Of a stretch of 64,000 nt of DNA, positions 1-8,032 are shown piece after piece (the stretch's first letter is position 1; every line of letters begins with the position of its first letter). The stretch covers positions 832,001-896,000 of the forward strand of contig CAWDVR010000003.1 in assembly GCA_963805975.1 (NCBI GenBank), given 5' to 3'. The notes under the pieces are model-generated. The model was not told where the DNA came from, searched no databases, and saw nothing but the letters and a program-made list of their open reading frames with translations. Position numbers and translations under genes: made by a program. Source of the stretch: an uncultured Acidobacteriota bacterium. Its GTDB lineage: Bacteria > Acidobacteriota > Thermoanaerobaculia > Multivoradales > SZUA-115.

Positions 1-955
1 CATCGAGGTGCCGGCCCGGCTCCGCGCCGTGGCGCTCGACAAGACCGGCACCTTGACCCAGGGGCGCCCGGCCGTGGTCGAGGTCGTGCCGCTCGCCGGG
101 CACGACGAGCGGGAGCTGCTCGAGAGGGCCGCCGCCCTCGAAGCCAGGAGCGAGCACCCTCTGGCCCGCGCCATCCTCGCCTACGCCAGGGAGCGGGGAG
201 TGGAGATGACGCCGGCGGAGGACTTCCGGATTCTCCAGGGCAAGGGTGCCACCGGCCGCTTCGACGGCCAGGAGTACTGGCTGGGCTCGCACCGCTACCT
301 GGAGGAGCGGGGGCAGGAGACCGCGGAGGTCCACCAGCGGCTCGAAGCGATGTCCGGGGCCGGCCGCACGGCGGTGGTGGTCGGCACGGCAGGCCACGTC
401 TGCGGCCTGATCGCGGTGGCCGATGCGGTGCGGCCGGAGGCGGCGAAAGCCGTGGCGGCGCTCAGGGCGGCTGGCATCCGCACCGTCGTCATGCTGACCG
501 GAGACAATCGGGGCACCGCCGAAGCCATCGGCCGCGAGACCGGCGTCGACGAGGTCGAGGCCGAGCTCCTGCCGGCCGACAAGGTGGCCGCCATCGACCG
601 CCTGCTGGCGCGCTACGGCCAGGTGGCGATGATCGGCGACGGCGTCAACGACGCGCCGGCGATGGCGCGGGCCACGCTCTCGGTGGCGATGGGCGCGGCC
701 GGAAGCGACGCCGCCATCGAGACCGCCGACGTCGCCCTGATGTCCGACGACCTCTCGAAGCTCGCCTGGCTCGTCGGTCATTCGCGCCGGGCGGTGGCGA
801 TCATCCGCCAGAACATCGGCTTTTCGCTGGCGGTCAAGGCGGTCTTCGTCCTGCTGACCTTCGCCGGCCACGCTTCCCTCTGGGCAGCCATCGCGGCCGA
901 CATGGGTGCCTCGCTCCTGGTGATCGGCAACGGCCTGCGGCTGCTGCGGCGCTGA
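1..955 (+). CDS. Heavy-metal translocating P1B-type ATPase (ZntA/CadA-like), C-terminal part; 5' end lies outside the window
   Basis: DKTGTLT phosphorylation motif, SEHPLA, MLTGDN, GDGVNDAPA hinge, and C-terminal TM helices with the K..F and ADMG signatures of P1B-2 pumps. Confidence 0.93.
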   Translation, partial: IEVPARLRAVALDKTGTLTQGRPAVVEVVPLAGHDERELLERAAALEARSEHPLARAILAYARERGVEMTPAEDFRILQGKGATGRFDGQEYWLGSHRYLEERGQETAEVHQRLEAMSGAGRTAVVVGTAGHVCGLIAVADAVRPEAAKAVAALRAAGIRTVVMLTGDNRGTAEAIGRETGVDEVEAELLPADKVAAIDRLLARYGQVAMIGDGVNDAPAMARATLSVAMGAAGSDAAIETADVALMSDDLSKLAWLVGHSRRAVAIIRQNIGFSLAVKAVFVLLTFAGHASLWAAIAADMGASLLVIGNGLRLLRR

Positions 956-1070
956 GCCTTTGTATCTCGGCCAGGCTTGCAGACCATCGCGTGCTCATGC
1001 CAGGATTCTCTCTCCATGAGGAATGCGCATGGGCTCATGCGCTCCTCGTCATTTCGAAAGGAGACTGGTG

Positions 1071-1343
1071 ATGAAGAACCGCGTGCTGATCAGCCTGGTG
1101 TTCGTGGCCGTCCTGATCGCCTCGATCTACGCCGTGCCGGAGCCGGTGCAGGCGCAGTCCGGCTGGGTGTTCTGGGGCTGCTGGTCGCCCTACCCGAGCT
1201 GCTCGTTCGCCTACGACATCTACCGCGATCCCCAGGGCCGCTACTGGCGCTGCGGCAACTGCGGCACCACCACCAACCCCAGCCCCTCGACCTGCAAGCA
1301 GGTGAGCTCCTCGATCGAGAACATTGGATATTGGTGCTCGTAG
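1071..1343 (+). CDS. Small secreted Cys/Trp/Tyr-rich peptide (6 Cys)
   Basis: AAGGAG RBS at about 1058-1063; signal peptide MKNRVLISLVFVAVLIASIYAVPEPVQA; mature part has 6 Cys and many aromatics; high GC3 codon usage; followed by a hairpin. Confidence 0.75.
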   Translation: MKNRVLISLVFVAVLIASIYAVPEPVQAQSGWVFWGCWSPYPSCSFAYDIYRDPQGRYWRCGNCGTTTNPSPSTCKQVSSSIENIGYWCS

Positions 1344-1348
1344 GGGAA

Positions 1349-1429
1349 AAGCGAGGGTGCCTCGCCTGCTGCGGTGCTCGAGCTCCCTCCGGGCGGCCTG
1401 CGCTCCTCGCAGGCGAGGCACCCTCGCTT
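1349..1429. repeat. 21-bp perfect inverted repeat (stem-loop) downstream of the Cys-rich peptide gene
   Basis: aagcgagggtgcctcgcctgc (1349-1369) and gcaggcgaggcaccctcgctt (1409-1429). Confidence 0.8.
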
Positions 1430-1513
1430 CGTAGTGTGAGGGCGCGTTCGCCAAGCTGAAAAGAAGCCCAAGTCCTCATCCGGTCCCCTCTCCCGCTGGC
1501 GGGCCTCTTTGCT

Positions 1514-1588
1514 CGTCATCCCCGCGAAAGCGGGGATCCATCTGGGTCTCGTCGCCCGCCCTGGATCCCCGCTTTCGCGGGGATGACG
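1514..1588. repeat. REP/RPE-like palindromic element pair (GTCATCCCCGCGAAAGCGGGGATCCA type)
   Basis: cgtcatccccgcgaaagcggggatcca (1514-1540) and its reverse complement (1562-1588), between convergent genes. Confidence 0.85.
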
Positions 1589-1642
1589 TCAGGAAGAGAA
1601 GAGCTCGATTGGAGGACAGTCGCTACGTGAACAGTATTAAGG

Positions 1643-3640
1643 CTAGGGTGAGGGCGCCTTCCCGCTCCCCACCGTCCGCCGCAGGAACTCGATGAACACC
1701 GCCTGCATGTAGTCCGTGTTGCTCTTCTTGCGGAAGCCGTGGCCCTCGTCGGCGGCCACCACGTACCACACCGGGGTCCCTCGCGCCTCGAGCGCCGCCA
1801 CGATCTGGTCCGACTCGGACTTCGGCACCCGCGGGTCGTTGGCGCCCTGCGCCACCAGCAGCGGCTTGTTGATGCGCTCCACCCGCGTGGCGGGGGAGAT
1901 CTCGGTCAGGAAGCGGCGCATCTCCGGGTCGCGCTCGTCGCCGTACTCCACCCGCCGCAGGTCGCGCCGGTAGTCCTCGGTGTTGGTGAGGAAGGTCACG
2001 AAGTTGCTGATCCCCACCGAGTCGTAGCCCCCGGCCAGCCGTTCGCCGTAGAGGGTGAGCGCGGCGAGCGTCATGTAGCCGCCGTAGGAGCCGCCCGCGA
2101 CCACCACCCGCGAGCTGTCGAGGTCCGGCTGGGTGGCGATCCAGTCGAGGAGAGCGCCCAGGTCGCGCACCGAGTCCTCGCGCTTCCTGCCGTCGTCGAG
2201 CGCCAGGTAGGCGCGGCCGTAGCCCGTCGAGCCGCGCACGTTGGGCTGCACCACCGCGATGCCCAGCTCGTTGACCATGAAGTTGAAGCTGGCGAGGAAG
2301 CTCGGGCGCGCCTGCCCCTCGGGCCCGCCGTGGATCGAGATCAGGACCGGCCGCCGGCCGGGGTGGAGCCCCGGGTCCGGGCGGTGGACGAAGGCCGGGA
2401 TGGTGCGCGGCGCGCCGGAGATCAGGCGGTCGAAGGTGGGAAAACGCACCAGCTCGGGCAGCACGAAGGTCGCGGCGTCGAGCCCGCCGATCTCGCTCGT
2501 GGTCCAGCGCTCGAGCTTGGCCGTGCCGGGATCGAAGCTGTAGACGTCGGTGGGAGAGCGCGCCCAGGAGAGGGTGAAGGCCACCTCGTGCGAGCCGGGC
2601 CGGAAGCTCGGTGGGCCGCCGACGCCGAGCGGCAGCTCGGGTGCCGACAGCTCGCGGCCGGTGGCAGTGTCCAGGAGGTGCGGGCGGCTGGCGCCGTCCT
2701 CGTTGGTGAAGAAGGCGAGGATCTTGCCGTCGTCCGACAGGTCGAGGTTCTCGACGTCCCAGTCGATGGCGGCGGAGAGCGTGGTCCAGCGGCCGGTCGC
2801 GAGGTCCAGGCGGGCGAGGCGCCGCAGGTCGCCGCCGCGGTTGGTGGCGGCGTAGACCGCGCGGCCGTCCGCCGACCAGCGAAGCGACGTGTAGGAGGCC
2901 GGCCCGTCGCTCTCCGGCACCAGGCGCGTCAGGCCGCCGGTCGCGAGATCGAGCGCGTGGGGCCAGGACTCATCGGCCGACACGAAGTGGAAGATCAGCA
3001 GGCGCCGGCCGTCCGTCGCCCAGTCGGCGATCTGCCAGGAGCCCTCGAGCTCGGCGGCGCGCCGCTCGCCGCCGGCGGTGTCGTCGGGCCGCTGCACGTA
3101 GACGTCGGTGTCGCGGCCGTTCCGGGCGTTGCTGGTGTAGGCGAGAGTGCTGCCGTCGGCCGACCAGAACAGGTTCTCGTAGCGATGTGTGCCGTCGGAC
3201 AAACGCCGCGTGCGGCCGTTCGTGCGGTCGAGAAGGTAGACCTGGAAATTCTCGTCACCACCGGTGTCGCGCCGGAGGGCGATCTCGTGCGGCCTGCCGG
3301 GACGGTATTTCGCTTCCGCCACCGGATCGCGGAAGAAGGTGAGCTGGCTGCGGTCGCCGCCCGGGAAGGCCACCTCGTGGAGCTGCCGGCTCTCCGCGAA
3401 GCGGGTGCCGATCAGCATCCGGCGCTCCGTCGGGTGCCAGGCCTCGAAGCGCGCCGCCCGCGAGCTCTGGTAGGGCTCGACGCCTTCGAGCGAGGCCGGG
3501 TCGATAGGCGGCACGTGGCGTGCGGTGATCGCCGCCGGCACCGGCAGCGCGGCGGCGGGGCCCGGCGCCTGGCCCTGGGCGGAATGTGGTTCTGCGGCGA
3601 GAAAGAGCAGGGCGGTCGAGACGGCGAGGGGCTTCCACAT
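1643..3640 (-). CDS. S9 family (prolyl oligopeptidase-like) secreted peptidase
   Basis: Signal peptide MWKPLAVSTALLFLAA; beta-propeller repeats; IHGGPE, NVRGSTGYG, GGSYGG nucleophile, QGANDPRVP (Asp), DEGHGF (His). Confidence 0.92.
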   Translation of the reverse strand: MWKPLAVSTALLFLAAEPHSAQGQAPGPAAALPVPAAITARHVPPIDPASLEGVEPYQSSRAARFEAWHPTERRMLIGTRFAESRQLHEVAFPGGDRSQLTFFRDPVAEAKYRPGRPHEIALRRDTGGDENFQVYLLDRTNGRTRRLSDGTHRYENLFWSADGSTLAYTSNARNGRDTDVYVQRPDDTAGGERRAAELEGSWQIADWATDGRRLLIFHFVSADESWPHALDLATGGLTRLVPESDGPASYTSLRWSADGRAVYAATNRGGDLRRLARLDLATGRWTTLSAAIDWDVENLDLSDDGKILAFFTNEDGASRPHLLDTATGRELSAPELPLGVGGPPSFRPGSHEVAFTLSWARSPTDVYSFDPGTAKLERWTTSEIGGLDAATFVLPELVRFPTFDRLISGAPRTIPAFVHRPDPGLHPGRRPVLISIHGGPEGQARPSFLASFNFMVNELGIAVVQPNVRGSTGYGRAYLALDDGRKREDSVRDLGALLDWIATQPDLDSSRVVVAGGSYGGYMTLAALTLYGERLAGGYDSVGISNFVTFLTNTEDYRRDLRRVEYGDERDPEMRRFLTEISPATRVERINKPLLVAQGANDPRVPKSESDQIVAALEARGTPVWYVVAADEGHGFRKKSNTDYMQAVFIEFLRRTVGSGKAPSP

Positions 3641-3694
3641 GCGACCGATCCTACCCGCTACGGTCGCGCGCTCGTACGGTAAGCTCCCGCCGCC

Positions 3695-5431
3695 GTGCTC
3701 CGCGAGCTCCACGTCAAGAACATCGCCGTCGTCGCCGAGGCCACGGTCGAGCTGGGCCCGGGCCTGAACGCCCTGACCGGCGAGACCGGCGCCGGCAAGT
3801 CGATCGTCGTCGATTCGCTCGCGCTCCTGGCCGGCGCCCGCGCCTCGGCCGAGCTGGTGCGCACCGGCGCCGAGAGCCTGACCGTCACCGGCGTCTTCGT
3901 GCCCGCGGGGGAAGCCTGGCGCGGCGTGCTCGAGGAGGCGGGCCTCGAGGCCGAGGGCGGCGAGCTCCTGGTGCGGCGCGAGATCGCGCGGAGCGGCAGG
4001 AACCGCGTCTTCGTCAACGACCAGCCGGCCACGGCGCGGCTGCTCGCGGACCTGGCGCCGCTCCTGCTGCGCATCCACGGCCAGCGCGACGAGCTGGGCC
4101 TCGCGACCCCGGACCTGCAGCGCGAGTGGCTGGATCTCTCGGGTGGCGGCGCTGCCGCGGAGCTCACCGCGCGCGTTGCCGCGGCCTTCGACAAGCACGC
4201 CCGCCTGGCGGCGCGGCTCGAGCGCCTGACCGGCGACGAGCGGGCGCGGCGCGACCGGCTCGAGCTGCTGCGGCGGGAGGCCCGCGAGATCGACGCCGCG
4301 CACCTCGAAGCGGGCGAGGAGGAGGGGCTCCGCGTCGAGCGCGACGGCCTGCGCCACCGCGAGGCGATCCTCGCCGCGGCCAGCGGCGCTTTTTCCCTGC
4401 TGATCGACGACGAGGACGCCGCGGCGCCGCGCGTGGCCCGGGCCCAGGGCCTCCTGGGCGAGCTCGGGGAGCTGGTTCCCGCGGCCCGTGAATGGGCGGC
4501 GGCGCTCGACGGGGCCCGCATCCAGCTCGAAGAGGTCGGCCGCGAGCTCTCGGCGCGCCTCGACGATGCCGAGGCCGAGCCCGGCCGGCTCGACGCGGTC
4601 GAGGAACGGCTGGCCCTGGTCGAGCGGCTGGGCCGCCGCTTCGCCGGCGCCGGGGCGCCGCTCACCACGGGCCAGCTCCTCGCTCTGCGCCAGGAGCTGG
4701 CCAGCGAGGTGGAGGAGCTCTCGGGCGACGCCCTCGGGCAGGACGAGCTCGCGGCGCTGGCCGCCGAGGCCCTGGAGGAGTACCGGCGGGCGGCGCTCGA
4801 GCTGTCGGCCGCGCGCGCCGCCTGGGGCGAGGCCCTGGCCCGGCGCATCGAGGCCGAGCTCGTGGATCTCGGGCTCGCCAAGGCCCGGCTCGCAGTGCGC
4901 CTCGCGCGGCGCAAGAAGAACGACAGCCCGCTCGTCCTCGCCGGCGAGCCGGTGGAGGTCGGGCGCTCGGGGGTCGATCACGTGGTCTTCGAGCTCGCCG
5001 CCAACCCCGGCGAGGAGCTGGGCCCGCTCTCGCGCCTGGCCTCCGGCGGCGAGCTGGCGCGCATCTATCTCGCCTTGCAGCTCGCGGTCGGCGCGGGCGA
5101 GGGTGGGCCGGCGCCGACCCTGGTCTTCGACGAGGTGGACGTCGGCGTGGGCGGCGCGCAGGCGGCGGCCCTCGGCCGGAAGCTCCAGCGGCTGGGCGCC
5201 GGCGGCCAGATCCTGGTGGTCACGCACCTGGCGCAGGTGGCGAGCCACGCCGACCGCCACTACCGGGTGTCGAAGAAGGAGCGCGGCGGGCGGACCTTCA
5301 CGCAGGTGGCGCCGCTGTCGGAGAAGGAGAGAGTGGAGGAGACCGCCCGCATGCTCGCCGGCAGCCGCGTCACCGACCTCTCGCGCTCGCACGCGAGCGA
5401 GCTCCTGGCGGGCTCGGCGCGGCGGCGATGA
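3695..5431 (+). CDS. recN: DNA repair protein RecN
   Basis: MLRELHVKNIAVV, TGETGAGKS Walker A, RIHGQ, ASGGELAR signature, LVFDEVDVG, VTHLAQVA. Confidence 0.96.
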   Translation: MLRELHVKNIAVVAEATVELGPGLNALTGETGAGKSIVVDSLALLAGARASAELVRTGAESLTVTGVFVPAGEAWRGVLEEAGLEAEGGELLVRREIARSGRNRVFVNDQPATARLLADLAPLLLRIHGQRDELGLATPDLQREWLDLSGGGAAAELTARVAAAFDKHARLAARLERLTGDERARRDRLELLRREAREIDAAHLEAGEEEGLRVERDGLRHREAILAAASGAFSLLIDDEDAAAPRVARAQGLLGELGELVPAAREWAAALDGARIQLEEVGRELSARLDDAEAEPGRLDAVEERLALVERLGRRFAGAGAPLTTGQLLALRQELASEVEELSGDALGQDELAALAAEALEEYRRAALELSAARAAWGEALARRIEAELVDLGLAKARLAVRLARRKKNDSPLVLAGEPVEVGRSGVDHVVFELAANPGEELGPLSRLASGGELARIYLALQLAVGAGEGGPAPTLVFDEVDVGVGGAQAAALGRKLQRLGAGGQILVVTHLAQVASHADRHYRVSKKERGGRTFTQVAPLSEKERVEETARMLAGSRVTDLSRSHASELLAGSARRR

Positions 5432-6033
5432 ACCCGTCTCCCGCCCCGTTCTGGCGGCCGGGCGAGCCCCTGGCGCCGCTCGCCGCGCTGGTGGCGCGGG
5501 GTGGTATCCTCGCCTTCCCGACCGAGTCCAGCTACGGGCTGGGCGTCGATCCGCGCAGCACCGTCGGGGTCGCGGCGATCTATCGGCTGAAGAGCCGCGA
5601 AGCGGGGAAGCCGTTGCCGGTGGTGATCGCCGACCTCTCTCATCTCCCCCTCCTGGGGATCGACCCTGACAACCCGGTGGTGACGCGGCTCGCCGCGCTC
5701 TGGCCGGCGCCCCTCTCCTGCCTGCTGCCGAGCCGCCTGGATCTGCCCGCTGCCGCGGGAGCCCCCACGCTCGCCGTACGCGTGCCGGCGCACCGGCCGC
5801 TCCGCGAGCTGCTCGCCGGCCTCGGCACGCCGCTCACCGCCACCAGCGCCAACCGGAGCGGCGAGGAGCCGATCCTCGCTCCGGACGGCGCCGCGTCCCT
5901 GCTGGCAGGCTGGGACGCACTGGTGATGGACGGCGGCAGGCTCGCCGGCGGGCCGCCGTCGACCCTGGTGGAGCCGGCGCCGGAGGGTGGCTTCACCGTT
6001 CTCCGCCCCGGCCGCTTCCAGCTCAGCTCGTGA
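5428..6033 (+). CDS. tsaC: L-threonylcarbamoyladenylate synthase (Sua5/YrdC)
   Basis: AFPTESSYGLG, K.R...KPL, LWPAPLS, AVRVP, TATSANRSG, PST motifs; ATGA overlap with recN. Confidence 0.9.
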   Translation: MNPSPAPFWRPGEPLAPLAALVARGGILAFPTESSYGLGVDPRSTVGVAAIYRLKSREAGKPLPVVIADLSHLPLLGIDPDNPVVTRLAALWPAPLSCLLPSRLDLPAAAGAPTLAVRVPAHRPLRELLAGLGTPLTATSANRSGEEPILAPDGAASLLAGWDALVMDGGRLAGGPPSTLVEPAPEGGFTVLRPGRFQLSS

Positions 6034-6088
6034 GCCCACTCCCATCTCGCCCTTGCTCCCCACCGCGCGCACAACTTTGGAGTCCCCC

Positions 6089-8032
6089 ATGAGAGCTCGC
6101 CGCGCCCTGATCCTTCTCGCCTGCCTCGGCTTCTTCCTGCCCGGCCCGCCCTCGGCCGCGGCGCCTCCTTCGCCCGCACCTGCCACCACCATCTCGCCGG
6201 ACGAGGTGGAGCGCGGCCAGCGCGGCTACGGCCTGTCGGTCTTCGCCGGCACCGAGCCCGAGCGCTTCGAGGTCGAGGTGCTGGGGGTGATCCGCGGCCT
6301 CAACGCCGGGGTGAGCTACATCCTGGCCCGCCTGACCGGGCACGGCCTCGAAAGCGCGGGGGTGGTCGCGGGCATGAGCGGCAGCCCGGTCTACCTCGAC
6401 GGCAAGCTGGCCGGCGCCGTGGCTTTCGGCTGGGGCTTCTCCCGCGAGGCCATCGCCGGCATCACGCCGATCGCCGAGATGCGGCGGCTCTCCGCCGGCG
6501 GGGGAGAGCCGGCCGGAGCGCACCGTGCCGTGACCGGAGCGCCGTTCGGGGTCGAGACGCAGGCCCCTGACTTCGCGGTCGACTTCACGGCCCTCGCCTC
6601 GGGCCGCGTGCCGGCCGATCTCCTGGAGCGCGAGCTGGCGAAGCTCCGGCCGGTGTTGACCTCGGGTGCCACCTCCGCCGTGCAGTGGGCGGCGAGCGGC
6701 TTCGGCAGCGAGTCCGGCGGCATCCTGTCCCGCGCGCTGGGGCCCGTCACCATGGCCGGCAGGACCCGGGAGGCCCCCGGCGACCCCAGGCTCTCTTCGA
6801 CGATCCTCCAGCCCGGCCAGATGGTCGCCGCGGTGCTGGTCGACGGCGACCTCTCCCTCGCCGCCTCCGGCACCATCACCGACCGCACCGGCGACGAGCT
6901 GCTGGTCTTCGGGCACGCCTTCCTGGGCAGCGGCCCGGTGTCCTTCCCGCTCGCCACCGCCGAGGTCATCACCGTGGTCGACAACATGAACAGCTCGTTC
7001 AAGCTGTCGAACGTCGGCCCGGTGGTGGGCGCTTTCACCGAGGACCGGCGGGCCGGGCTCGCCGGCCGCATCGGCGCCGTGGCCCCCATGATCCCGCTCG
7101 CCATCCGCATCGAGGGCGAGAACCGCCGCGACTGCAACCTGCGGGTGGCCGAGGTGGACCGCTTCACCTCGGCGCTCCTCGCGAGCGGCGTCGTGGGCTG
7201 CCTCGAGGCCGCCTCCTGGCGCTCGGGGGACCAGGCCCTCGACCTCGAGGCCACCTTCCGGGTGCGCGGCCAGGGGCCGGTGACGGTGCGGCAGAGCTTC
7301 GACGGGCCGGTGGCGGGAACCGAGAGCGCCTCGTATCTCATGGCCACCGCCAGCTACCTGCTCGACAGCCAGCTCGAGGCCGGACGGCTGGATGGCGTCG
7401 AGGTCCGGTTGACGCAGAGCGCCACGGCCAGGAACGCCACCCTGGTGGCGGTCACCCCGGACCGCGCCGTGGTGCGCCCCGGCGACCGGGTGAAGCTGCA
7501 CCTCGACTTCACGGTCTTTCGCGGCGAGCCCTTCGAGCGCGACCTCGACTTCCTCCTGCCGCCCGACCTGCCGGCGGGCAAGGTGACGCTCCTGGTGGGC
7601 GACGGCGGCTCGATCGACGGCGCGCGCCAGACCCTCGAGCCGGTCGAGCCACGCACCTACCTCCAGGCCGTCGAGCTGCTCAAGTCCCTGCACTCGCGCC
7701 GCGAGCTGGCGGTGCTCGCCGTGCTGCCGGAGCGCGGGGTGGCGGTCGGTGGCCAGCCCATGCCGCGCCTGCCGGGCTCGGTTCGCACCCTGCTCAGCGC
7801 GGCGGCGCCCGGCGGCGCCACCCAGTTGCGCGCCGCCATCGCCGCCGAGAGCTACGAGAGTGTCGAGCGGCCGTTCACCGGCCTGCTGCGGTTGGACCTC
7901 ACCGTCGAGCGCCGCGAAGCCGCCCCAGAGCCGGGTGCCCCAAAGCCGGATGCCCCAAAGCCGGATGCCCCAGAGCCGGGCGCTCCGCCGGCCGCACCCG
8001 CCGGCGAGGCGCCGGGAAAGGCGCGCCCATGA
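6089..8032 (+). CDS. SpoIVB-like peptidase S55 domain secreted protein
   Basis: Signal peptide; GYGLSVFAG, GVVAGMSGSPVYLDGKLAGAVAFG, AGITPI and FGHAF motifs; Pro-rich tail. Confidence 0.85.
   Translation: MRARRALILLACLGFFLPGPPSAAAPPSPAPATTISPDEVERGQRGYGLSVFAGTEPERFEVEVLGVIRGLNAGVSYILARLTGHGLESAGVVAGMSGSPVYLDGKLAGAVAFGWGFSREAIAGITPIAEMRRLSAGGGEPAGAHRAVTGAPFGVETQAPDFAVDFTALASGRVPADLLERELAKLRPVLTSGATSAVQWAASGFGSESGGILSRALGPVTMAGRTREAPGDPRLSSTILQPGQMVAAVLVDGDLSLAASGTITDRTGDELLVFGHAFLGSGPVSFPLATAEVITVVDNMNSSFKLSNVGPVVGAFTEDRRAGLAGRIGAVAPMIPLAIRIEGENRRDCNLRVAEVDRFTSALLASGVVGCLEAASWRSGDQALDLEATFRVRGQGPVTVRQSFDGPVAGTESASYLMATASYLLDSQLEAGRLDGVEVRLTQSATARNATLVAVTPDRAVVRPGDRVKLHLDFTVFRGEPFERDLDFLLPPDLPAGKVTLLVGDGGSIDGARQTLEPVEPRTYLQAVELLKSLHSRRELAVLAVLPERGVAVGGQPMPRLPGSVRTLLSAAAPGGATQLRAAIAAESYESVERPFTGLLRLDLTVERREAAPEPGAPKPDAPKPDAPEPGAPPAAPAGEAPGKARP
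7925..7984 (+). repeat. 15-bp in-frame tandem repeat, about 4 copies (PEPGA/PKPDA/PKPDA/PEPGA)
   Basis: ccagagccgggtgcc ccaaagccggatgcc ccaaagccggatgcc ccagagccgggcgct. Confidence 0.75.

Noticed and set aside
1643-5392. 1249-aa minus-strand ORF taken as one gene, and other long shadow ORFs (e.g. 6685-10251 N-half, 8104-10587, 21385-24987 C-part, 25306-26478, 31917-34607)
   Set aside because: High GC suppresses stop codons. Only the motif-bearing portions are credible; the rest are antisense or off-frame to well-supported genes.
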